From contig CALDRG010000022.1 of NCBI GenBank assembly GCA_937911265.1, positions 1,399 through 65,398 on the forward strand: a DNA stretch of 64,000 bases. Reading direction: 5' to 3'. The notes under the pieces are model-generated. The model ran no database searches and was not told the DNA's origin. It saw nothing but the letters and a program-made list of their open reading frames with translations. Positions 45,198-55,300 of this stretch are shown in pieces. The DNA is from an uncultured euryarchaeote. GTDB taxonomy: Archaea > Thermoplasmatota > Poseidoniia > Poseidoniales > Thalassarchaeaceae. A program made the position numbers and the translations under genes. The first letter of the stretch is position 1. Every line of letters begins with the position of its first letter.

Positions 45198-47195
45198 TTG
45201 TCCGAACAGTGGCCCCCGGCAGAGATAGCTCTGACCCCTGGTAAGAGGGTGCTCTTTCTCACCAAGGATCTCGAACTGATACGCAGGCAGCTCTACGAGG
45301 GCCTCGATTTGTGTATGGTTGATCTTGAGGTCGACGATCTGCTCGATGACATCAACACCGATGTCATGACCCCGGCTTGGGTCTGTTTCGACCACGAGCC
45401 GGCAATCATAGCCGAGAACGCCTACGCCGGCCTAGTTCACGAAGGGAGGCGTGTGTTCGAGCCTCGCGCATTGCTGGACGGTGGCTTCGAAGCCATAGTA
45501 TCCGGACACCGTAAGGGCACAGGGTCAAGCCGCGAGACTGCCGCTCAATGCGAGCGTTGGTCGGGAATCAGGATTGTTATCGCGGCGTCCTTCGCACCGA
45601 TTCACGAGCGAAACAACATCAACCTCGGTCAATTGATGGGTGACTATGGGATGCTGGAGAGGCTGCAATCCGGTGAGAGTATATCGCTGAATGAGTTCAC
45701 CTCTGAGTACGACCCGGTGACCAGCCTGATTATTGAAAACGGTGGCATCCTGCCATTTGCGAAGAGTCTCGGAGCGGGAGATATCAGTCTCCCTGAGTTG
45801 AAAACCGAGTCGCGACCAATGACTATGGTTGAGAAGATGATCGCGAACAAACTTCTGGGTCAGAACGGCGCGGCGCGCTATGTCAAGCCCGGTGACGCCG
45901 TACTCTCGCAGGTCGACGGTGGCTACTCGCATGAGTTCACAACCGCACAGGTCCACGAGTTCCTCAAGCAGGAATACGGCAACGATTACTCGCTTCCCAA
46001 TCCATCGAAATACGCAGTCTTTGAGGACCATTTACTGTACGCCACCGGAGTGCCGAAGTTTGGTCGTTTCACAGAGAAGATTCAGACCCTGCGAGATATG
46101 CAGCGAGTGTTCCAGCAGCACACCGGGGTGCGCGACTATTCCGCGGAGGACGGCATCAGCCCTGGCATCTGCCATCAAGTCGCCAGAGAGGAATTTATCG
46201 ATGTTGGCGATTTCATTCAAGCAACCGATTCTCACACTTGTATGGGCGGTGCTACGAACGCACTAGCCTACGGTGTTGGCTCGACCGAGTACGCCAACCT
46301 CGTGCACAACCAATTCGCTTTTGTACAAGTCCCAGAGAGTATTCGCTTCGAACTGGTGGGTAACCTAGACCCCGGGTGCACAGCCAAGGATGTCATACTC
46401 CATATCCTCTGGAAGTATGCCGCTGAGTCCGAGACACTTGACCGTAGTATGGAGTTCGGTGGCTCCGGACTTGCCAGTTTATCGATGGATGAGAGGGCTA
46501 CTCTGTGCAACATGGCCACTGAGTGTAGTGCTAAGACTGGGATATGCGAACCAGACAGTCTCACTGTAGATTGGTTGATGAACCGCAGATCTGGACTGAG
46601 TGAGGCAGAGGTGCGCAGCGCCTTCGTGCTGCCGGACGATGGAGCGGAGTATCACGGCGGAGTGCACACCATCGACCTGGAACAGATCCGTCCGATGGTC
46701 GCACATCCCGGCAAGCCCGATGAGGGAATTCCCTCTGACCCGACAAATGGTGCTTACATAGACGAAATTGGCGAGGTCGGAATAGACATCGCCTACGCGG
46801 GTTCGTGTACTGCTGGTAAGGATGATGATTTCGCCTTCTACGCACAAGTCACCGAGGCGGCCCTCGAAGCAGGTCTGACAATCCCCGAAGGTGTCGAATG
46901 CTACATCCAGTTCGGCTCAAAGACGGTGAAGAGTCTGTCCGAGAAGAACGGTTGGAGCGAGATGTTCGAGCGCGCTGGTGTCACGCTAATCGACCCCGGG
47001 TGCGGTGCCTGTATAGGAGCTGGGCCCGGAATTAGTGATGATGCGGAGCAGGTCACGATCTCAGCAATTAATCGCAATTACCAGGGTCGCTCTGGGCCGG
47101 GCAAGCTGTATCTGGCAAGCCCCCTGACTGTGATGGCCAGCGCCTTTGTCGGGAAGATTACGGCGTGGCATCCAGATATCTTTGCACAGGATTAA
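45198..47195 (+). CDS. aconitase-family hydratase, fused small (swivel) + large subunit
   Basis: N-terminal DDINTD/GSSRE swivel domain, then GICH, DSHT, GSCT and GCGAC; GAGGTGG SD before TTG 45198. Confidence 0.85.
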   Translation: MSEQWPPAEIALTPGKRVLFLTKDLELIRRQLYEGLDLCMVDLEVDDLLDDINTDVMTPAWVCFDHEPAIIAENAYAGLVHEGRRVFEPRALLDGGFEAIVSGHRKGTGSSRETAAQCERWSGIRIVIAASFAPIHERNNINLGQLMGDYGMLERLQSGESISLNEFTSEYDPVTSLIIENGGILPFAKSLGAGDISLPELKTESRPMTMVEKMIANKLLGQNGAARYVKPGDAVLSQVDGGYSHEFTTAQVHEFLKQEYGNDYSLPNPSKYAVFEDHLLYATGVPKFGRFTEKIQTLRDMQRVFQQHTGVRDYSAEDGISPGICHQVAREEFIDVGDFIQATDSHTCMGGATNALAYGVGSTEYANLVHNQFAFVQVPESIRFELVGNLDPGCTAKDVILHILWKYAAESETLDRSMEFGGSGLASLSMDERATLCNMATECSAKTGICEPDSLTVDWLMNRRSGLSEAEVRSAFVLPDDGAEYHGGVHTIDLEQIRPMVAHPGKPDEGIPSDPTNGAYIDEIGEVGIDIAYAGSCTAGKDDDFAFYAQVTEAALEAGLTIPEGVECYIQFGSKTVKSLSEKNGWSEMFERAGVTLIDPGCGACIGAGPGISDDAEQVTISAINRNYQGRSGPGKLYLASPLTVMASAFVGKITAWHPDIFAQD

Positions 47196-47277
47196 GAGTG
47201 ATCCTCGGCCGGAGACTTCCATCCAAAAGAGGCCCCGTGCCATCCGGGTATCGGGAGGACCTGACGGAGGTTTGCGA

Positions 47278-49350
47278 ATGAGCAATGAAAAACCACTAGC
47301 CGGGAAACAGAAGCAAATTGCGATAAGCGAATTCTTCGAAAAGAACAAGCATTTCCTAGGGTTCGACTCCCTACAGAGATCCATCATCACGGCTGTCAAG
47401 GAGGCCGTCGACAATTCTCTCGACGCCTGCGAGGAGGAACGGATACTCCCTGATATCAGAGTCGAAATCAACCGACTCAAGGATGGCCGAATAGAGTTGA
47501 TATCCCAAGATAACGGGCCGGGCATACCAAGAGAAGCCATCGAGCACGTCTTCGGCAAGTTCCTGCTTGGATCGAGATTTCACGCAATCAGGCAGACTCG
47601 TGGTCAACAGGGAATTGGAATTACTGGAGTAGTGATGTACGGTCAACTCACCACAGGCTCGAAGACCACTGTTACTTCAAAGGTCGAAGACGAGTCTTCG
47701 GCGGTCCGGGTCGACCTCGGTATTGACACGAGGAAAAACAAAGCGATCAAGAGTGGAGAGAGTAGGGACGTCTGGGTCGACGAGGTCACGGGCGAGGAAA
47801 TCAAACACGGCTTAAAGATACGGACCGAGATGAAGGCCAAGTATCAACGAGGCAGGCAGTCGGTCTACCAGTACCTCAGGATGACTTCGATTGTCAATCC
47901 ACACGCCACCATCAGCCTGACCGTAAAGGACCGTGACGGGAGTGTAATTGAGGAAGGTCACTGGCCTCGCACCACCGACCGTCTCCCTAGGGTGGTGGCG
48001 GAGATTAAGCCCCATCCCCACGGCATCCACCTCGGTACATTGCAGAGGATGCTACGTGAAGCAGAGGAGAGGAAGATGACTTCATTCCTGAGGCACAACT
48101 TCTCCGGAGTCAGCATGAGGGCGGCCCGGGAGATCCTCAAGAAGGCAGGACTTGAGGAGAGCAGGCAACCCCGCAGAATCAAGGCCGAGGAGGCTCAGGC
48201 CGTGCTCGATTCATTCCAGAAGGTCAAACTCTTGAATCCGCCTACTGATTGTCTCTCTCCTATCGAGGACCTGCTAATCAAGAAGGGGCTATCGAAGGCG
48301 ATTGATTCTCGCTTCGCCTCGACTGTTACCAGAGAAACACGGGTCACTCAGGGCAACCCCTTCCAAATCGAAGTCGGTTTGGTTTTCGGGGGGGACCTAG
48401 TCTCTGACAGCCCAATCGAGATCCTGCGATTCGCCAATCGGGTGCCCCTGATGTACCAGCAGGGCGGATGTCTGCTCACGAAGGCGGTGGAATCTGTCGA
48501 CTGGAAGCGCTACGGCCTAGATCAGCCGGGTGGTAGGGGACTACCCAAGGGGCCAGCGGCCGTTCTCATTCACCTCGCCTCTACCAACGTCCAGTTCACC
48601 AGTGAGGCAAAGGAAGCCGTCGCTGTCAACGAGGAGGTACTAGGAGAAGTCAGGAGGGCCCTGATGGAAGTAGGCAAGGGCCTGAAGAACCACCTCAAGA
48701 AAAGTTCGCAGAGGAAGAAGGCTCAAGAGAAGTTTGAGTTGATAAACGTCATTCTCCCTGAGATATCACAGAAAACCTCGCAAATACTAGACCGGGATGA
48801 GCCTGATCTAGCGCCGATAATCACCCAGATTATGAATGCGGTTTTCTGCGAGGAAGATCTTGGGTGGGACACAACGAGGAAACTGGCGACCTGTGATATC
48901 ACCGTGTTCAACTACACCGCTCGAGCACGGGCGTACACAATTTTGGCCAAATGGCCAGAAAGCGAAACTGCCGCCATGGTGGACAACCCTCTCGGAGGTC
49001 GTAAGGAGACTCATGGTCTGTGGGCTTGGCGATTGGACACGCTGGACCCTGGCTCCTCGGCGGTTATCTCGTTCACCGTCTCCGGCCTCAACAAGGGTGA
49101 TTGGTCGGACATGGAGATATTTTTCAGAGGCAATGGCGACATCATCGGAGCCACCAAGATTGACGAGAATCTACTCGATGAGATGAGGAACAAGGAGGCT
49201 CTTGAAGCCGCAGTGGAAGAGGTACGCAGCACGGAAGATCCTGTGATTAAGAATCTTGCTGGGAGAGCCGAAGAGGCGGTTCGGAACCCAAATGATGAGG
49301 GTGTAATCGACATGGGGTCATTGACTCCAGATCAGGGGGTAGATGAATGA
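47278..49350 (+). CDS. top6B: DNA topoisomerase VI subunit B
   Basis: EFFEKN, EAVDNSLDA, DNGPG, RGQQGIG, RFANRVPL. Confidence 0.95.
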   Translation: MSNEKPLAGKQKQIAISEFFEKNKHFLGFDSLQRSIITAVKEAVDNSLDACEEERILPDIRVEINRLKDGRIELISQDNGPGIPREAIEHVFGKFLLGSRFHAIRQTRGQQGIGITGVVMYGQLTTGSKTTVTSKVEDESSAVRVDLGIDTRKNKAIKSGESRDVWVDEVTGEEIKHGLKIRTEMKAKYQRGRQSVYQYLRMTSIVNPHATISLTVKDRDGSVIEEGHWPRTTDRLPRVVAEIKPHPHGIHLGTLQRMLREAEERKMTSFLRHNFSGVSMRAAREILKKAGLEESRQPRRIKAEEAQAVLDSFQKVKLLNPPTDCLSPIEDLLIKKGLSKAIDSRFASTVTRETRVTQGNPFQIEVGLVFGGDLVSDSPIEILRFANRVPLMYQQGGCLLTKAVESVDWKRYGLDQPGGRGLPKGPAAVLIHLASTNVQFTSEAKEAVAVNEEVLGEVRRALMEVGKGLKNHLKKSSQRKKAQEKFELINVILPEISQKTSQILDRDEPDLAPIITQIMNAVFCEEDLGWDTTRKLATCDITVFNYTARARAYTILAKWPESETAAMVDNPLGGRKETHGLWAWRLDTLDPGSSAVISFTVSGLNKGDWSDMEIFFRGNGDIIGATKIDENLLDEMRNKEALEAAVEEVRSTEDPVIKNLAGRAEEAVRNPNDEGVIDMGSLTPDQGVDE

Positions 49351-50459
49351 GTATAAGAAGAGAGAAATCCAAGGACGAGGTGATTCAAGCCCTCCATAAT
49401 GTGGCTTCAGAGATGCATGACAAGATGTCCAAGGGCAATCCTCCGACGATGACACTGCCTGTCCGCTCTAAGAGCAACATCGGCTTCGACCAGCGGTTGG
49501 GGGTCTACAAATATGGCAAGAAAAGGACGGTCCGCGACGCGACCAACCTCGGTTCCGCTAAACAGTTACTGCGCTCACTACACGTCACCGAGTTCATCGA
49601 GGAGATGATCAACAGTGGTAAGTCCTCAACCCTGAGAGAGATGTACTACATCTCCGAAGCCTGGGGCAACGGCAAATTCCACTCGCAGAACGAAAGCAAT
49701 AACCTAGCTGAAGATCTCGAGATTGTCACCAAGTGTCTACGCGAGGACTTCCGTCTGAGACCGGAGGAGGACGGGGCGAGAATCATCGGGAATGTGACTT
49801 TTGAAGAGCGTAATCGACGTGGTGACTGGATGAGGATAAACTGTCGCGACGACGTCGGCGACTCTGGATACGGAGTCCCTTACAATGTCGAATCAGAGAA
49901 ACTCAGACTCATTGATGAGGACATAGATTTCATCATGGCAATAGAGACTGGTGGGATGTTCGATCGACTGATTGAGAATGGTTTTGATGAGGAGGCGCGG
50001 TGTGCGCTAATCCACCTCAAGGGGCAACCTGCACGCTCCACTCGTCGAATTATGCGACGAATGAGTGACGAGTGGAAAAAGCCAATCGTGGTATTCGCTG
50101 ACTGCGACCCATGGTCGTTCAGAATCTTTGCTAGTATCGCATACGGGGCTATCAAGACTGCTCATATCTCAGAATACCTGGCGAGCAAGGGGGCGATATA
50201 TCTCGGGATTACTGCAGATGATATTCTCGCTTATGACCTACCTAGCGATGACCTCTCAAAACAAGACTTGGGCGCTCTGCAGGCCGAATTGTCCGACCCT
50301 AGATTCTCTACAGGGTGGTGGCAGCAGCAGATTGAGTTGATGCAGGAGCTCGGGAAGAAGGCCGAGCAGCAGTCCCTGGCCAAGTATGGACTGGATTTCG
50401 TGACAGATACCTATCTCCCTGAAAAGTTGGCTCACCCGGATGTTGGTCTCGCCTACTGA
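49347..50459 (+). CDS. top6A: DNA topoisomerase VI subunit A
   Basis: STLREMYY, IETGG, KGQP, DCDPW, KAEQQ; ATGA overlap with top6B. Confidence 0.95.
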   Translation: MSIRREKSKDEVIQALHNVASEMHDKMSKGNPPTMTLPVRSKSNIGFDQRLGVYKYGKKRTVRDATNLGSAKQLLRSLHVTEFIEEMINSGKSSTLREMYYISEAWGNGKFHSQNESNNLAEDLEIVTKCLREDFRLRPEEDGARIIGNVTFEERNRRGDWMRINCRDDVGDSGYGVPYNVESEKLRLIDEDIDFIMAIETGGMFDRLIENGFDEEARCALIHLKGQPARSTRRIMRRMSDEWKKPIVVFADCDPWSFRIFASIAYGAIKTAHISEYLASKGAIYLGITADDILAYDLPSDDLSKQDLGALQAELSDPRFSTGWWQQQIELMQELGKKAEQQSLAKYGLDFVTDTYLPEKLAHPDVGLAY

Positions 50460-50497
50460 TTGAGAAGTCTGATAGCACGGAGCCATCACCTCACGTC

Positions 50498-51232
50498 GTG
50501 GCTGACGTTACACTCTGGGCCAAAAGGCTCTCAGGAGCCTCGCTACTGCTGGTGCTGATTAGTGTAGTGTCATACTACAACGCCATGCCAGTGATGTTCG
50601 ACGAGCTCGACCCCGCCCAGCGGCATCTTCTAGAGTTGGAAGCTGGAGAGAGTGAGGAAGTCACTCTAGAGTTATTTGGAGAGTATGTCGCCCTGCGTGT
50701 CACCGAAGGGGATTCGCAGACTGCTGAACTACGGCTGATTGATGCAATAGGGTCTGAGGAAAGTGGTTCAGCGCCCACGGGTCTAGATGTTGATAGACCG
50801 GGTGAGGACGGGACCTTGTATACCCCTGTGAGGGTCTTCAGATCGGCTCAGGCCGGTGATTACACCCTACACAACGACGGAAACACTACCCTGTGGTTCG
50901 TGGATGATGTATCTGCACAAAAGGCGCTTTTCGGTAGCGGTTGGTTCGTGATGATGTTCTTCGGGTGTTGCCTTGGATTGCCTCTGGGCGTCATCGCGCT
51001 CATACTGGCTCTCGCAGGACGGGGGCAGCGTAAGAAATCCGGAGGACCCGTAGTCATGTCCAAAGAGGGTAAGTTGCCGACAACCGACGAGTTGTACAGA
51101 CAGTACCGCGGCCTCCCGGAAGTAGAGGAGGAGGAATCGATAGCGGATCCCTTCCCTGGTCAGACAACGGTCGGTGAGGAATCCCAGCAGACTGAGGGCG
51201 ATCGAGATTGGCAAGGCTGGGACGAAGGCTGA
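50498..51232 (+). CDS. hypothetical membrane protein (2 TM flanking an extracellular domain)
   Basis: Hydrophobic N-terminal and sub-terminal segments; acidic tail. Confidence 0.6.
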   Translation: MADVTLWAKRLSGASLLLVLISVVSYYNAMPVMFDELDPAQRHLLELEAGESEEVTLELFGEYVALRVTEGDSQTAELRLIDAIGSEESGSAPTGLDVDRPGEDGTLYTPVRVFRSAQAGDYTLHNDGNTTLWFVDDVSAQKALFGSGWFVMMFFGCCLGLPLGVIALILALAGRGQRKKSGGPVVMSKEGKLPTTDELYRQYRGLPEVEEEESIADPFPGQTTVGEESQQTEGDRDWQGWDEG

Positions 51233-51526
51233 TTACTGTCTCTTTCTGATTGCTACCATGATTACTGATATCACAAGAATTGCCGCGCCTAGATAGCCAA
51301 TCATCTGGCCAATGGAATCAACTCTGTCTCTCATATCACGGCCGTCTTGACACTGGCCCTCATCAGCACCGATAATTTCTCCAATTGTGCCTGTCTCGTC
51401 TTCGCATTCGTCGGCAATCCTCTGATCAATGGTATCAACTACTATTGAAGCAACAAACGACAAAGCCAGCATCAGCAATCCAGCTATGACTAGTACCGTG
51501 ACTAGTACGGTCTTCCCGGTTCCCAT
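51233..51526 (-). CDS. small 2-TM membrane protein with Cys pair in loop
   Basis: 97-aa ORF, two hydrophobic helices, DECE...GQCQ. Confidence 0.55.
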   Translation of the reverse strand: MGTGKTVLVTVLVIAGLLMLALSFVASIVVDTIDQRIADECEDETGTIGEIIGADEGQCQDGRDMRDRVDSIGQMIGYLGAAILVISVIMVAIRKRQ

Positions 51527-51615
51527 GACAGTTTTACTAGTTCGTCGGATATTATCCTATGCTCAAGTTGGGTTTTTAGAAGGCCCCCACTACCCAACCT
51601 CAGGTTGGTAAGTAA

Positions 51616-52353
51616 ATGGTAGGTTTCGACGAGGCGCTCTCGATACTCGAAAACCCTACTAGACGCCAGATTCTCAGGAAATTAGTCAAGGAACCTCACT
51701 ACCCTCTGCAACTCTCCGAGTTACTGAATGTAAGTCAGCAAGCGGTAGTCAAGCACCTCAAGGTCCTAGAGGAATCAGGGTTCGTGGATTCCGAACGTAC
51801 GCCATCGGAGAAGGGGGGTCCCCCGAAGAAGATGTACAAGGTCAACCAGTCCTTCTCCCTGCGTCTCGACCTCGGACCTGATTTATTCCGCGCAGAGCAC
51901 AGGAAGATACCGGCTGGAGGGCCGATGCGTCTCTCCAACAGATTGCCGCCTGAACTGAATGGAGTGGTCGACAGGTTGGGTACCCGACGCAAGCTCCCGA
52001 TGGTGGAGGCTATGGGAGTGCTCTCGGAGTTGGACTCTGCTCTCGAGCGCATAGACGAGCATCGTGACGCTGTGATAGCACTCCATCAGCAGGTGATGAG
52101 AAAAGTCTCCCCCAGCATCTCTGAGCAATCTGGATCATATGAGGAGAGGCAGTTGGCCCACGCTATCATGAACCAACCCCGCAGACCACTCGATTTGGAT
52201 GCCTTCTCGCAGGGACTGAGAATCCAGTCAATGGACGCAGAGGAGATGATGGATACTCTGCGCGAGCGTCTGATGCGAGATTTCGCAGCTAGTCGTGGCC
52301 GCCTCGTCGCGGCACGCGAAGGCACACCGTTGCCATGGTGGCTAGCACGCTAA
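51616..52353 (+). CDS. ArsR-family HTH transcriptional regulator
   Basis: LENPTRRQIL, SQQAVVKHLKVLEESG, GGPPKKMY. Confidence 0.85.
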   Translation: MVGFDEALSILENPTRRQILRKLVKEPHYPLQLSELLNVSQQAVVKHLKVLEESGFVDSERTPSEKGGPPKKMYKVNQSFSLRLDLGPDLFRAEHRKIPAGGPMRLSNRLPPELNGVVDRLGTRRKLPMVEAMGVLSELDSALERIDEHRDAVIALHQQVMRKVSPSISEQSGSYEERQLAHAIMNQPRRPLDLDAFSQGLRIQSMDAEEMMDTLRERLMRDFAASRGRLVAAREGTPLPWWLAR

Positions 52354-55300
52354 TCAGAAGACCATGTCCTCATCATCAAGGTTCGAAATCATACTGGACT
52401 TCTCGGCGTAGCGGATCTTTGCCTCCTCCCTGCGTCCCCACATGACCACTGCGACCACTCCTACTAGGGCGAACGTCGCGCCTAGGATTATGGTCGGCAC
52501 TGTGTATTGGGCTATGACCTCGATTCCGACATCGAGCAGTCCTAAATTCGAGCCCATCTTCTGCGAGACCGATTTGATGTTGTTGGTCTCATCGGTCTCG
52601 ACAATTATGTTATCCGGATCCAAGACTACGACGACGTCGTGTCTTCCAGCCTTGACCATATACAGTAGAGCAATTGTGGGTGGGTCCTCGTTGGCACAGC
52701 CGGAACTAGGGTTGTCACAGGGCATTATCGCCTGGACTATTTGCCGGTAAACGATGTTCTCTTCGTCGCACCCGTTCTTCTTGATGTCAGATTTAGTCTG
52801 GTCTACGCATAGGATGATGTTGACGTCAGTAGCGTGAGCGTTGCCCTTGTTGAGGATTTGTACGTTGACGGAGAGCATCTCCCCAACCTCCCCTGTGTGG
52901 GTCGCAGCGAAGACATCGAGGATGAAGAGATCTGGTGCCCTGAGTCTCAGTTCAATGACTTGTTCGTTGGTATCACAATTGGGTCGGTAGTTATCCGGCA
53001 AACCGTCTCCATTCGCGTCGAGAGTGCAGGAGTCATCCCACACCGCAGTCTCATCGTGGTCACCGCCTGCTTCCGAGGAGCCGAATGCCGATACGACCTT
53101 GATTCCAATCTCTCGATTGTTCAGTGTAGCGGCTGGGTCAATCTGGATGATTACGACAATCTGTAGAGTTGAGTAAGCCTCCATCACCGGCATGGTGATT
53201 GCATTGGTCTGGGCGGACAGGTAGCAGCCCTCGGCAGGTGGGTCTTCACCCAGAATTTGTCCTACACATGGCCTCTCGATCGGATACTCAGTGTCGAAGT
53301 CCTCGAGCAATGCGTAGCTAATCGCCCAATTACCCAGCAGAGGCCCCATCGTAGGGGACGTCTGCCATGAATATGGGTCATCACTGTCATAGAGGGTGTG
53401 GTTGTGCAGTGTCGGTTGGTCGTCCATATTACCGTGGTTGGTGATGTTTATGGTGAATCGGACAATTCTGCCAGGAGCTGTGGACTTGATTCGGCTCTCA
53501 ACCATCGGGTCAACCTCTATCCGCATGTCGTGAAACTCGACAATCTCGACCTGTAACTCGATGACGTCCCTCAGTTTGGTTCCCTCGTAAGACTCCTCGC
53601 TTAGCACATTCAGGATTACGGTGTACTGGCCGGCGTGGGTCCTCTCTGGCACGTTGAGAAGGATAGGTACGGTCTGCGACTCGTCACGGTCCAACTCAGT
53701 GAATAGGATTCGGGGGATATCGATGTCCCAGACGTGCGATGCCCCGAATGTGTCCTCAATCGAATGTACTGTTATGTCGTATCTGTCAGCACCGTTTCCT
53801 TCGTTGGAGACCGTGGTATCCAACTGGTACGTCTGTCCTGGATGCATGGACAAAATGGTTTCAGGAACGCTGGCTTCCAAGTCGTACTCTTGAATGACGT
53901 TTGTCAGAAGGACCACGGAGTCTCTGACACGCTGTGCCCCCTCAAGATGGGCCTTGACGGTGACAGAGTCGCCTAGGCCAGCAGTAGCATTGTACGGTGC
54001 ACACATGATGGCTGTGACGGTGTATGGAGTGTCGATAATCGACCAGTAGCGTGGAGCGTTATCTGAGATTCCGTTCCCTCCGGGGGCTTCGGAGAAATCC
54101 AAATCCACCGTCCAGTGGTCGAACCTCCATGTCTGCTCGGAAATCTCAGGAGGTCTCTCCTCTGGGCCTCCTGGAGTCGTGAATAACAGATGGCCGGGTG
54201 TGAAGTGCTTGGTGACCTCGATATCGAACTCAGAGCAGTCACCAGGCAAGACGTACTGCGTCGTGTCTCCGAGATTGAAGACAATGTTGCCCGTGCTCTT
54301 GATCGAGACGTTAATCCAGAGTTCAAGAACATCAAAGGTACCTTGATCGATAGAGAGCACTGGCTCACCAGTGGACCAACCTTTCAGGTAGATCACAAAA
54401 GTCCCAGGATCCTGTGAGGTCGGGACGCTGACCTGCAGGTTCCTAGTCACCGACTGGCCGGGGTCCAATGATAGCGACGTTGGGAATGTGAGACCCCATC
54501 CGAACGGCAGGGCCCATTCGACCTGCCCCTCTAAGGTGGATGGGTCGTAAAACGCGAACGTATCGTATACGTTACCCGTGTTGGTAACCGTTATCGAGAA
54601 GAATGCCGATTCACCCTGTTCAACATCCACCTGGGAGTGGCTGGTGTCCAAGTTAATCCCGTGGACGACATCCATCAGCGTCAGAGTAATTCTGTCGTCC
54701 CTGATAGCCGGGTCCTTGTGGGATATTGCAGTCACCGTAATCGCGGCCAATTCGTCCGAATGGGCCTGATATATCGAAGGGGCGCGGACGCGCATGTACA
54801 TCGAAACCACGTCGCCGCCACGCAGGAATACTGGTGTCGAGTCGAATATTGGTGTGTGATTAGTGGTGAAGAACAGTGTGGCCGTCCAATTGTTGGGAAC
54901 GCCTTCCATAGTCACGGTGAAGGTGTCGGCCACGAGTTCGGCGGGCCCGGGTGTGGGGTTCGAGATTGTCATGTTGTAGGTGGTTTGCTCACCGGGCTCA
55001 ATGGTGTGGTAGTAGGTCTCAGTCTCTGTGAGTGCGACCTCAACTAGCCCAGTCAGGACGTGGACGTAGCACAGCGTGTAGGATCCGCCATTGCTGACAT
55101 CGTTGCACTTGTTAGTGTCAGACCAAGCGATATGGGCGCCGCTTCCAAGGTCATTGGCGAATGCCGGTGGCTGACCCAACTCGGGGACTGCAGGTGAGTT
55201 TGGGCCGAGCTTGTCGGACTGCCACTCGGTAATCGGAATGACTTCCCATGGGTCGAGGACCCCTACAGCGAGCGAATTGAGAGGAAAGCCCTCAGGATAG

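Noticed and set aside
47146-47277. N-terminal extensions in the ORF track (top6B, rpoN, rlmH, icd, helicase, 57588 ORF and others)
   Set aside because: They overlap neighbouring genes or promoters; downstream starts fit homology and SD/TATA spacing better
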